A stretch of 64,000 bases of DNA from Lepidodermella squamata (taxonomy: Eukaryota > Animalia > Gastrotricha), in NCBI GenBank assembly GCA_047495785.1, contig JBLDXI010000064.1, forward strand, positions 248,001 through 312,000. The letters are read 5' to 3'. Positions 1 to 11,920 of this stretch are shown here, one piece after another. The notes beneath the pieces were generated by a model. That model was not told the origin of the DNA and ran no database searches. It was given only the letters and a program-made list of their open reading frames with translations. Each line of letters starts with the position of its first letter. Within the stretch, counting starts at the first letter, position 1. Both the position numbers and the translations under genes were made by a program.

Positions 1-419
1 ACGATGATAAAATTCTTTTTACCGAAATTTAATTTTATCCATATTCACACAGTCCATATTCAAGGGCCTTATTCACAAAATTGGCCAGAACTTCAGGTTT
101 ATACCTCAAGTTCAACACATTCGCCCATTCTATAGGCTATAGGATGGGCGAATGTGTTACAAATACGAGGCTCTCACCACGTTTTGCGTACCTGGCAACA
201 GATGTAACATACCATATACCCAGGTGATATGAATGTTTGTTTTTGAATATTCACAGAAACAGAACTCAATTTCACCAAATTCACATATTCGGTCTTTGGG
301 GGTCCAAATTTTACTAATTTCATAAATAAATAAAATTTAAATTTATTGGGTCCATGAAGCAAGAAAAATGGTCTTCTTGCTGGATCGCATATATTTCAAT
401 TCACTCTCATATTTTCCAG

Positions 420-503
420 TTATTCTGGTTCAATAGCCAAGAGCCGCAGTTGAACTTGAAGTATAACCTGAACGACTGTGAAAAGAAACGAGCAGTTTTC
501 GAT
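420..503 (+). pseudogene. Isolated exon of the Cys-repeat/C-type lectin family (LFWFNSQEPQLNLKYNLNDCEKKRAVFD); upstream exons would lie outside the window, no downstream exons found
   Basis: ttttccag acceptor, gtgagt donor, 84 nt. Homologous to exon 13437-13520 and exon 4 of the genes at 28269 and 34538. Followed by a transposon insertion at 538. Confidence 0.75.
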
Positions 504-537
504 GTGAGTTTCAATCCTTGATTTCATTCATTGCAAA

Positions 538-1835
538 GGGCGTTTTTTTTTATTCCCCACTGCGCCCGGGGAGATCCGGCGGATTGTACGGGCGAGCAAT
601 AAAAAAATCCGGGCTTCGCGGGCGCGTGTACATTTTTTTATTCCCCGGCTTTTTCTCCCGGGCCGCGAGTCGGGCATCACGGGCGACGTGAATAAAAAAA
701 TCCGGGCTGTGCGGGCGGCCCGAAAACATTTTTTTATCAATACAACTTCTACGCGGGCGAGCTGGGAAACACGGGCGAGTAAAAAAACGTCATCGGGCTC
801 GAGTGCTAATAACACTTATTTTCGCGATTTCTTACTGCGATTGCTGATTCATGCTTATGTTCACAAACCAAGGGAGAAAATTATTCGCACCATTCCAGTC
901 TAACTTGATGCTTGCTTAATTAGGAAGGATAAAATCTACAGCATTATTTAATGAAATGTGAAATGTGACCGAGTACAGTTGATTTCATATGATATTTCTG
1001 ATCGCAAATTCCCATTCTTCAGCATTTAAAATATTCTGAAACAGGCCTGGTCAACCTGGTCAAGGTCATTCGCCACGCATAGTTTAATTCCGGTGTCCAA
1101 CTCGCTTCGGATCTGGATAAATTCGATCTCATATGATTCTCAATCATTCAACAATGTTCTAAATTTGTCATGAAATTTTGTAAAATTTTGAACGGAGGCT
1201 GGAATTTTGAATTCAAAATTACATTAATTAACATTAATTAAAGGCTTTTAAATGCAGCATTATTAAAATTTGATAATTAATACGGGTTTAGACTTTTGGT
1301 ATTCTTCAACCACTGCTATTGTGATTCGATACCCGAATCTACGATGAAAATCGATCTAAATTTCACATCTCTCGGTTCGATACCGGAAAGGAAAAATAAT
1401 TTAAAGCAATTCTAATGCGGGGCCATTTGAGATAAATTGAGGTGAAATACCCACCCGGGATCGCTTGCCAATCGCTGCGATTTTGCCGTACTTCTTATTG
1501 ACCATAATTATTTTTAAATTATTTGCATTTATTTTATGGTTTCCTGAATTATTATTCAGCAGCAGAAATAAAATCACTTGCACTACTTTATCACTCATAT
1601 TAAATGTTTTTTGCAATTTTTTGCTGCTTCGAATCGCGTGCGTGATCATTTTTCCCGCAGCTGCCCGGTCTTGAGAGGCCGGGCGTTATGGGCGATGTGT
1701 AGAGTGCGGGCAAGCCGGGCTAATAAAAAAATGTGTTCGGGCGCCCGTGGATGTACGGGCGGTCTGGGCGGAATAAATGAACGTGTGCGGGCAGTGCGGG
1801 CGCGGGCAAGTCGGGTCGAATAAAAAAAAACACCC
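538..1835. mobile_element. Non-autonomous DNA transposon with GGG-starting TIRs and 3-bp TSD (PIF/Harbinger-like, tentative)
   Basis: gggcgtttttttttattc at 538 vs gaataaaaaaaaacaccc ending 1835; AAA on both sides; subterminal cgggc/aataaaaaa repeats. Joined flanks ttgcaaagagtgcggcacgcga match 53024-53045 (reverse complement). Confidence 0.7.
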
Positions 1836-2339
1836 AAAGAGTGCGGCACGCGACCACCTTTTTTGCCACCCAACGCTCTATCCGCCCATTATAATTTTAA
1901 TTAATTTCAAAAATTGAAAAGGCCACAGGTACCTTTTTCGAAAATTTTGATTTTATGCTCGTAAAAACTAGAAGCGGCCCTCTATCTAAGTATACCAGGC
2001 ACACCTAGTGTTCCCTTATTGATAATTTTCTAAAATTCGCCTAAAAGTGCTATATTTGGCGTTTTTGGGCAAAATTGCCGTTCTTCTGCCACGGTTGGCT
2101 CTTTTGGAAAAATTTGGAAAAATTTGAAAAAATTAGTTTATCCACATTGAGAATTTTCTCTATCCGGCGATGTCAAATTTGCCGGTTAATTAATTAATTT
2201 TGATTTTTCGATTATTTTCGGTCTTGCTACATGGACTTTGACTTCTCTTAACATTTTAAGCGCCGGGGTTTTTCACGTGTACCATTCCTGCAGCGCCGGG
2301 GTATTTTCGATGTACCTACCAAAAAATTCGACCCCCAGA

Positions 2340-2590
2340 TTATTCGATTTTTGCTCTATCCAACGATATAAAACTTGAGCGAATCAGAATTTTTATTGAA
2401 TTTCGCGAAGTTTGCATTCGCTTGATAATACTTTGAGCGGGCTAAAAATAGCTACAAAAAACCTAATAGCTATTTTTAGAAAAGCATTATCACGCTAAAT
2501 CCCAATATAAGTCCGAAAATTTCGCGAAATTCAATAAAAATTCTGATTCGCTCAAGTTTTATATCGTTGGATAGAGCAAAAATCGAATAA
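2340..2590. repeat. Perfect 70-bp inverted repeat with 111-bp spacer
   Basis: 2340-2409 is the exact reverse complement of 2521-2590. Confidence 0.9.
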
Positions 2591-3832
2591 GATCATAGTA
2601 TTTTTCTCGGATTTTTTCGGCTTAAAATGAAAACTTTTACCGTCCTGAAAGACTCTCGAACTGGCGATTTTTCGTAAAAGTGACCAACTTTGAGATAATT
2701 TTGAAAATGTTAGGAAGAAAACCGTCTCATGTGCGAAAAGAACCGGTGTTGGCAGCAGTGGACGGAGCAGGGGCAGCACCCGCAGGAGGAGTGATTTGGG
2801 GCGGCGGCTTAACACGAGGGTCAGGGGCCGTCGGGTGCGACGACGGGCGCTGAGACGAGGCCGTGGACGTGGCCGCGCCAGCATAGGTGAGCGTAGGTGG
2901 CTCGTCGCCACTCTCGTCAGCCGAGTCCATTTGGACCTCGCCACTAACCGAGAGAGTCTCTGGGCAACACTTCGCGGCCTTGAGCGCCGCGATCACCTTC
3001 AGCAATGTCAGCGATGTCAGCAGCGTCCAGGCCCCTCAGAGCCTTGAACAGGGCAAATGTAGGAGCTGCCTTCTTCTTCTTCTTCCCGCGTTTATTGCCG
3101 GCCATCGTAAGAATTAATTAAGTGGAGACTGATATCGATTTAAGAGCAGTAAATGGCTATTAGGTAATTTTTTTTAATTTTGCAAAATGCTAAGGGTGTA
3201 ATTCAGGTGCTTATAGTGGCACGCGATCAGATTTCTTTCTTATAACAGACAAGTGATTCTCGACCCATTAAGTAGCTCGAGTTGCTGTTAAATCGCTCCG
3301 CTAATCATTTGATAGGGATGAGGAGAAAATCTGATCGCGTGCCACTATTTTTTCTTGATTTATCATTAATAATTGCTCGTTTGTCGTTCTGCTCTTATCT
3401 TTTGCTCTTATATCATTGCTCATATATCATTGCTCTTATTTCGCTTGCTCATTTCGCACACAACCATTAGTGCGACTCCCGCGTTTATTTTTGAATTGAC
3501 CAATAACGCGCGAGTAATTAATTGTTAGAGAAAACTAGCATTTCACGGCTTTTTAGTGACCGGAGGAAACCACCGCGGACCGCGGATCCGTAAATGTGCG
3601 ACGCCGACATTTAATACCACCCAACGGCTGAAATTCGCTCATGGCCCGCGACATTTATCGTCTTAATCCAAGAATGTAGTATTTATTATTGATATTTAAT
3701 TAGGCTTCTAAATTTTTAATAATTTTGGATAACATTATACACGAGTCAGATCGTAAATCTCCCGATAACCGTATTCCCTTGATTCATCATCTGATACACC
3801 TCACAAATCACAAATAATTGTTCGCAGTAAAT

Positions 3833-5872
3833 TCACGAGAACGTCTCGCACAGGACGTTCTCCTCCGACAGGTTACATTCAACAACTGTGAAGTACCAGT
3901 TGATGCCGTCAAACTTGAAAACAACACAATCACCATTGTCCAATGGCCCAACCCATTGCGAATCGAACAGAAAATTGGAGCCGTCGTCCCATTTGAAGAC
4001 TCCGCCTTGCGAAGAGAGACCTATCCAGAATTGGACGATATTTTGGTCTTCAGACCCTTTTACTGCCAGCCTAGCCTGTCGCAGCTCAAGGATAGACCTG
4101 ATCGTAGCTATCGTAGCATTGCTTGCGAGGCAAGTCGCTACGCCGTCGACTTTAGCGAACGCTGGGCCGGGCGATTGCAATTTCACGTATTTCTTCGTCG
4201 CATTTCTGCAGGTGTTCTCGTCCGGATAGGCGATATTGACCGGAATTCGAAGCTGAGTTGCACCATCGCAGCCTGTCGACTGCGTGACGCAATGAACCGT
4301 CCCGTCACTGTTGTCGACGCAACGGAAATAGGCAGTCTAAAACGTTTGAAATTTTTTAATTTCTATTCAATTGAAAATCGGCCAATCTTCTGTCTCATCG
4401 ATTAGTTAAAACCCGAGGCAGAATGTAGGAGTGGGGTAAGGTGTTACAAAATGCGCAGACCTGAGCCACTTGAGATTGCAAGCAGTCGGCATAGTTGCCG
4501 GCAAAGTCTGATTTCGCACGGAAAATCGATGCCTGAAAGATGGCAAAATAATATGTTAATGATTCTTCGTCCACATGTGTGTTGCCTACCACTGTCATAG
4601 GAGACGGGCACGTGTTTCTGCAAACCATCCCACCAGAAGTCGAGCATAGGGCAGCAGGCTGCAATGCTTCAACAATTATTTTCCTAATCAACAAACAAAT
4701 TGTCGCGAAAAAAACGAACGCCTGCGATGCAGTGGAATCTGTCGATGTAGGTTCCGCTACTGTAGGACTAAAGAAAAAAAGGAATCAGTAAAACTGGTTT
4801 TCAATATTGAAAAACAATTATACCCGAGTCATTGAGGTTGGATCGCAAGGCGTCGACTGGCAGCCCGCGAACGACCGATCGCTTTGGAGGAAGCATCGAT
4901 TGAAGGCCACGAAATCAGCATTATTCCGGACAACTTTCAAAAAGAAAAAACCTCGCTATAGAACTTCGTACTACGACAAATCTGCGAAAATGACAGAATT
5001 CGAGGAGTAAGCAAGTGATTCATCCTCATTTGTTTTACGAATTATTAGTATTGACTAAAGGAAACCAACTTTTCTCTTGCGCAATGCATATTTGCATCGT
5101 TGTATGACTGCCGACCACAGTCTGCGTTGAAGAAAAATGAGCAAAGCGATCAATTCCAGAATTGACTTTAAATGTAACTCACCCCGTTATTGGGGCACGA
5201 GCCATTGATTGGAATGCACGATCGCTGGCCATTATGATCACAGACCGTCGCCTGAATATTCTGATAAAATAAAAAAAATTATGATGAAAATAATAAATTA
5301 ACAAATTAATAATAATTAATAATAATAATAATTAATAAATTAATAAAATAATAATAAAAAAATTAATACCATGAAATTTTTAATCGTCGATCGGCACAGA
5401 TCGTACTGCGATCCAAAGATGTCTCCGAGAAATTCAGCCGTCTAGTTTCCGAAATTAAATTAGTAAAAAATGTCATGCGAAATCTGAGGCACCGACTATG
5501 ACTTCATCGTTTTTATCACAGCCAAGGTTACGAGGGATACATCGCATGTTGATCGTTTTGTGATTGAAACAGCTCCGAGCGGCCTAGCAATGAATACGTG
5601 ATGAGAAGTAATTTGGCAAAGGAATAGCTCACGCCGGATTTGCAACTCGCCAATGAATTCAACTTGAGACCGAGCTTCAATGAAAAAGGTAAAATTAGCA
5701 CAGAAAATCTGGCTTTAAAAAAGGGGCTTGCCTGAACTTCATCGAGGAACGAACAGTTCTCTTTACAACCTGCGAAAGCGTCGTTCAACCGTGAGAAGCA
5801 TCGCTTGAATTCTTGTGAACAGGCTGAAGCAGTTAGGCTCAAGATGAGAAAGATTCGAATAATTTCAGTCAT
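3833..5872 (-). CDS. Secreted Cys-repeat + C-type lectin-like domain protein, about 11 exons, appears intact
   Basis: Signal peptide MTEIIRIFLILSLTASACS. Small exons (KRCFSRLNDAFAGCKENC, RCFLQSDRSFAGCQSTPC, FRCVDNSDGTVHCVTQSTGC) splice in frame. Last exon has CTLD motifs C..NATIATIRS, WIGL, FKWDDGS, CV...C...LCE. Confidence 0.85.
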
Positions 5873-6859
5873 TCTTCAAAATAAATGACGAAAAAAATAA
5901 ATGAAGTTTATTAAAATGGCTTTCCAGTGGAGATTTGAGCACGCGATGTTTTTTCCAGGAAGTGGAGAATGACACGCTTTTATACCGTGTCCTCTCATAC
6001 AGGAGCGAGAAAATGGCACCGAAAGAATGCTTTAACATTAAAAAAAATATTTTCGTGTGAAATTCCGAGAATATGGTTTTCTGAACCTCTACTTTCTCTG
6101 ATAACTTTCTTGCTTTAAATTTTATACCAAAAAATATACGTTCAATCCCTAACAAGTAAAATTCTTTCACGATGATGTGAAAACGTGGGTTGAGTTGTCG
6201 CTCGAATTCAGGAATAACCCACTGTAAATTTATTAATAAATCCTATGTTACGAATGGAGCGGAGCCTAAATTCATTTCAATATCATTTTACCTATTTCGA
6301 GGTTCATCAGGGCATCAGAGATAATATTGAGACAAAAGTCCTATAAGCCTATAAGCCTGTAAGGAAAACCAGATGTTGTGGTGAATCTGCATCGGAGTGG
6401 TTTTTTGGAAAAGTAAACACACCGGGTGATTTTTCGATTTCAGATTTGTTATGCTAGGTGCCCGTGACATTTACAGGCGCGTTGGAGCGTAGACCGACTA
6501 CATCAGGAGTAGGACTAGCTGTCAGCAATCAAAACTGCGATGATTTTCAATGGCGAATCAATTCTGTCGACTCTCTTTTTTGCAATTATCGGTCAAGTAT
6601 TACTTTTCTGCTTCGCAACTTCGATCAATACTTTTCCGGTTTTTACCATCCACATCAAAGTAAAACACTGCAATCACTTATAGCACTTATTCGCTATTAT
6701 TCTGTGATTAGTATGGTGAAATAATATAGAAAGAACGAGTAATAGTAAATGCTTTATTCTTTATTCGAGAGTTCAAAAACATAACACTTCACTGCTATCG
6801 TCAGTTCTTCCTGTAGTCTGTATCAGGGATTTGGAATTGACTTGACTTGACTTGAGGCG

Positions 6860-7085
6860 TCAAGTCAATTCCGAATCCCTGGTCTGTATCACGGCAAGCA
6901 AGATCCACGAGACGAATGGCTGCCCGAGGTCAACTGAAAGCGCAAAAAAAGAAAAGTTTGAATCGAAATCATGATGATGAAACGTACGTACCTCGTTATA
7001 GCTGCATCCTGCTGAAATCAGCTGGCAAATTTTGAACTTGTTAGAAGTTTTGTCCATGCAGCGAACGTGAGGCTGTAACATAACG
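6860..7085 (-). pseudogene. Fragment of the Cys-repeat family (HVRCMDKTSNKFKICQLISAGCSYNE)
   Basis: Matches the RC..C...GC...E repeat followed by a gtacgt donor. No complete gene recognisable; lies next to a TIR element. Confidence 0.55.
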
Positions 7086-7317
7086 TCACAGCTTCAATTT
7101 AGTGCTCATAGAATTTTCAAATTTTTTTTTTAAAAAATGGACAAATGTAGAAATTTCAAATTAAAACAATTTTAAATCGATTCGATTTTTTTAGGGAAGA
7201 TCGATTTGTGTCACTTACATTGGAATTTAGGGTTTAGGGATTATTGGTCAATTAATTGGATGAACCAATTTTTTCAATTCAAACATCTGGTCGGAAATAA
7301 TAAAAAAAAATGATTCA

Positions 7318-8477
7318 TTCAACTTTCCCAATGCAAGTTTCCCAATGCAAGTTTACCAATGTGTAAAACTAACACGGGAATGCACACTGCACACTTAGCT
7401 AATTCGCCGGGAGGCGCTATTTAATCCACTGCAAATATGCAAGTTTACCACCGAAAACACGTAAAAACGTTTATATTCGCTGAGCAACCTTGCATCGCAG
7501 GATTTTATTACGCAACTCGAGGTAAACAGAAGGAACAACATCAATCAAACCTGGCGGTTCATATCATGCAAATAACACTCAAATTTAGTGAGCGTGCAAA
7601 TAGCTAGTTTAATTACTGCGTCGTTGCTAATGAGAGGCGCGCGTTTTTTCGCGTATTTGGCCGTGATGTTTCTCATCGCAAAAGCGCCAAAAGACAAGGT
7701 GACTACAACTCCCAGAAGTGCCGGAGTTGGGTCGCAGCGGCCGAACATAAGACGTGGCCGAATTATGGCATCTTATAGTAAATCAGGAGTTGAACAGGAT
7801 TACTGCGCGAAGTGCGAGCGCGAATTCGGCGATGGCCGCGGCATAGCCCAACACAAATGTATCAAAAACTGCAAGCCGAAGTCGGCCGAAATGCGACGCA
7901 ATTAGGTTAACACCGAGATTTTACCAAGACAGCGTTTACGTACGTTGTTCACACGAAGAACGGCGTGGAGGGCAATAACAGCTGCTACAACCGTGCCGCG
8001 CGTTGTTGTCACTTTGTCTTTTGGCGGTTTTGCCACCTTATCATCACCATCGAAGACCATACAGATAGCGATTTGCTACTGCAAGAGGCAAGAAGCAGAC
8101 GGCGAGATCGACGCCGCTATCAAGAAAATTACGGCGAAATACTCGAAGAAGCGCGCGGCTCTTATTAACAACGATGATGGCTGTTAAAAAATTAGCATTG
8201 AATACGCTTAATTCGTTTTGAGTACTATTTTCATGACATGAATCGCCAAGTATAATCGCCATAATAAGGTTAATGAAAAGGGCAATAAAATGATACGATG
8301 CAAGCTTCCCCCTAATAAGCAATTTTGTTGCTAGTTGTTCTGGGTAAACTTGAATAAAATCTGCAGATTGGGAAGCGGATTAGAAGGAAATGCTAGCGTA
8401 ACGGCTCAATTGTATTTTGGAGTGAGTTTTACACATTGGTAAACTTGCATTGGGAAACTTGCATAGGGAAAGTTGAA
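7318..8477. mobile_element. Foldback-like non-autonomous element with about 53-bp TIRs and an internal inverted duplication
   Basis: ttcaactttcccaatgcaagtttcccaatgcaagtttaccaatgtgtaaaact (7318-7370) mirrored at about 8425-8477. About 7590-7710 is an inverted diverged copy of parts of about 8005-8200. Confidence 0.75.
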
Positions 8478-9234
8478 GACATCAAAAAAATATTGTCGTA
8501 GGCGATGGTGAAATATTGGCCAATAACACATTAGAGTATTCTATCATGAAATATCACCATGGACGAAATGAAAATGACATGGATGAAATATCAACGGGCT
8601 CCCGCGGTCGGACGCCTCGTTGGAGGGAGTCCACTACGGGTGCAGAGGAACTCTGGGTGTCAAGCAGCCACTTCCCAAGTTCGTTGATCGTCTTTTGGTA
8701 GGCTTACAATCGTTAGGGCTCGAAATTCCATGCTAACTGCCAACTTATTTTCTGTGTAGATCGAACAAAACCAATTCAATTCATTTCGATTCATTTAAAA
8801 TTTGCGGAGTTGTCGTTAACGCGATAATGTCCCATTTTAATTTCATTGATTCCTTAATTGACATTCGCTTATTGTCGCCTCACTTGCAACAAACATCTCT
8901 TGTATGGGCATAGAGTAACGCGACAAATTGCTTTCACAAGCCATGAATGAGAGAAAGCCACGAGGCGTGGTCGGCTAACAGCACTGATAGTATCATCGTC
9001 TCGCGCATTTAAAAGGCGCGCGCAACTCCATTGTAATATATGCGAATGCGCGCACAATGACAAAAGAAGCGACGCGCCTTGGTTTTATTACTACCACTAC
9101 AGCAACTACAACACGCTCATTTGTCCAGTTGCGGCCGAGCGTGATAAGCAATAGACATGCCCAGGTGGTAACTTGCTTTATTTACCCACCTACACTCAGA
9201 AAATTCTCGGAATATTTTTAATAATTCCGGAAAA

Positions 9235-11797
9235 ATGGGTAAAATACTCAGCTTAATTTTTTTCACATCATTATTATGGTTTCTCTCCATCAATCATCAG
9301 TGTAAGTTTTCTTAGATCATCGCTGTTATTTTTACGATCATTATTTAATTTTTATTGTAGGCGTTTCTGCATCGAAAATGGAGGCGCATTTGATTCGTGA
9401 ATTGTTTAAAGACTACAATAAAATGGAACGGCCAGCCGCTGATGAACGCGATTCGGTCAATGTTATTTTCATTGTTTACCTGCGCCAGGTCATTGATGTC
9501 GTATGTTTCAAATTTTATCGAAAAATCATTCATTTAATTGAGATATATTCAAGGACGAAAAATTGCAAAAGATTCAGACAACACTTTGGCTGAGTTTGGT
9601 AAATTAAATCATCAAATTTCCCAACTCGAACCCTGATTTTTCGTATTTTTTAGAACTGGTTTGATTACCGGCTTCAATGGGACCCGTGGCAACATAATAA
9701 TATCACGCGGCTTTTGAGTGAGATAATTAATTTTTTTAGATTTTTCTCAATATTTTTTTTTATTTTCAGTACCTCATGATAAAATTTGGAGTCCGGATAT
9801 TTTGCTGTGAGTTGTTACGGCTATCTTTCTGAATTTTTATATATTTTTTCCGATTTTTATGAAAGGCACAACTCGGCGGTGGATAATTTCGACCCGACGA
9901 ATAAAGTTCACGCTGAAGTTTTCTACAACGGCGAAATTGCTTGGATGCCGCCTGGAATTTTCGCATCTACCTGGTAAGCCATTGATCACCGAGTTTGAAA
10001 TTGAGGAAAATTCCATTTCTTAGAATTTTAATTTACCATTTTTTATTAGCATCATTTTTTCAAATTATATCATTGTACCGATTAGTTCAAAATAGAGAAT
10101 TTCAGTTATTCTAAAAAAATTCTAAAAATAAACTGACAGGGCCGAAATTTGAAAAATTAGAAATTAGGGGAAAATTTCTTGGATTATTTTTTCAATTTTT
10201 CGTATTTTATTTTCCAGCCGGATTCAAATCAAGGTAAGAAAATTGAAAATTACGAAAATCGCTTGAGCTCTCGCATTTCCGACTCGCTCCTGCCCTAGTA
10301 TTTCCCATTCGATACGCAACGCTGTGATCTCAAGTTCAGTTCCTGGACGTACGCCCTATCCGGCGTTAATTTGACCCTGCCGTTCTACGAGGCCGATCTC
10401 AAATCGTACGTTCGCAACGGCGAGTGGGATCTGTTGGGTGCGCCAGCCATGCGTAACGTCGTGCCTTACGAGGGCGAATCTTACGTCGACGCAACGTTCG
10501 TCATCATTCTCAGCCGGCGGCCGCTGTTCTATATTTTCAACCTCGTTGTACCAACTGTTTTGGTGAGAGAATTTTCGAAAAATAATTTTGTTTATTTTCG
10601 ATAATTTTTCGAAATTTCCAGATCTCAATTATTGCGCTATTGACGTTCACTTTACCGGCGGAATCTGGCGAAAAAATCGGACTATGTGAGTATTAAGTAA
10701 TTAAAAAAATTCCAATTTCAATCTATTCATATTCAAAATTTCAAATTTTTCGAAATTTTTAGATTTTTTTGGATTATTTCAGAATTTCAGAATTCAATTT
10801 TAGCCGAATAATTTCCACCTTTCTAATAAATTTGAAAAAACATTAAATTTTTTACAAGGTTTTTATGTCGGGTTTTTTCTTTCTAGGCGTTACTGCTCTA
10901 CTTTCGATTTTTGTGTTCCTCAACTTGGTCATGAATTTGCTGCCCGCCGGTGAGCACGTCCCACTTCTCGGCCTCTACTTTGGCGGCACCGTCACCCTAT
11001 TGTCAATGTCCGTCGCCAGCACTATCATGGTGCTAAATATTCACTATCGCACGCCGAAAACACGCAAATTACCGCAATGGGTACGTGCGGAATAAAATTA
11101 GACAATGAATTTTCATTTTTCATTTCATTTCTGTAGGTTAAAATATGGATCAACAAGAGATTGGCATGGCTTGTCCGAATGAAGAGACCGGTAATTCTTC
11201 AAAATCTTCAACTTTTTAATTTTTTTTTCCAAAATTCTGAAATCAGTTAAATCATAAAATGGTGATCTTTATTTGTTTAGTTTTATTTTCAAATTTAAAA
11301 TTTTCCAAATAATTAATTTTTATTTTTTTTAAATCAATTATTAATTTTCAAATAATTTTTTTATCAGAGATTTTCCGATAACTTTTCAAGAATAATTGAA
11401 ATTTGTGGATAATGTGGAATCATTATAGAAAAATGAGGCGAACGAAGAAGAGCAACGGCGATCGACACTGGTTGTTCACAGTGAATTATCGCCTCAACTG
11501 CCAGATTTGGACATGGGCGTTTTCGAATGCACGCCGACATACGACGACTGCGATGATTTCATCGACCGTGGCATGACGTTGACGGACGAAGTTCACTGGC
11601 GCATGCGTCAAGTGGTGCGTGAAATGCGAACGATCACCAAGAAATCAGAGCGCGACAACGAGGAGGCCGAGGTGAGTGAGGAGTGGAAATTCGCCTCCAG
11701 CGTCATCGACCGCGTCTGTTTCATTGTGTTCACTTCGATGACGATTATCATGACCCTGGTCATCATGTTCTGCGCACCCGACCCAATGGACCAATAA
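9235..11797 (+). CDS. Nicotinic acetylcholine receptor (Cys-loop ligand-gated cation channel) subunit, non-alpha type, alpha7-like motifs
   Basis: Spliced model: signal peptide MGKILSLIFFTSLLWFLS, ERP, WSPDILLHNS, PPGIFAST, Cys-loop CRIQIKYFPFDTQRC, FSSWTY, RRPLFYIFNL (TM1), PAESGEK (cation filter), TM2/TM3, EEWKFASSVIDR (TM4). Loop C (VPYEGESY) lacks the vicinal Cys pair. Confidence 0.95.
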
Positions 11798-11920
11798 TTA
11801 TCATTACATTATGTGTGAGTAAATAAAAAAAAATGAATTCACTTAAAGTCAGCATTTTATTTCACTTCAATACACTCCTCGCAAGTAATATGTGTTGACC
11901 TACAACAGCTATGAGTGAGC

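Noticed and set aside
528-3117. Arg/Ala/Pro-rich ORFs
   Set aside because: They arise from GC-rich transposon subterminal repeats or low-complexity sequence; no recognisable domain.
7545-8187. Two similar ORFs on opposite strands
   Set aside because: Internal inverted duplication of a foldback element; no transposase motif seen.
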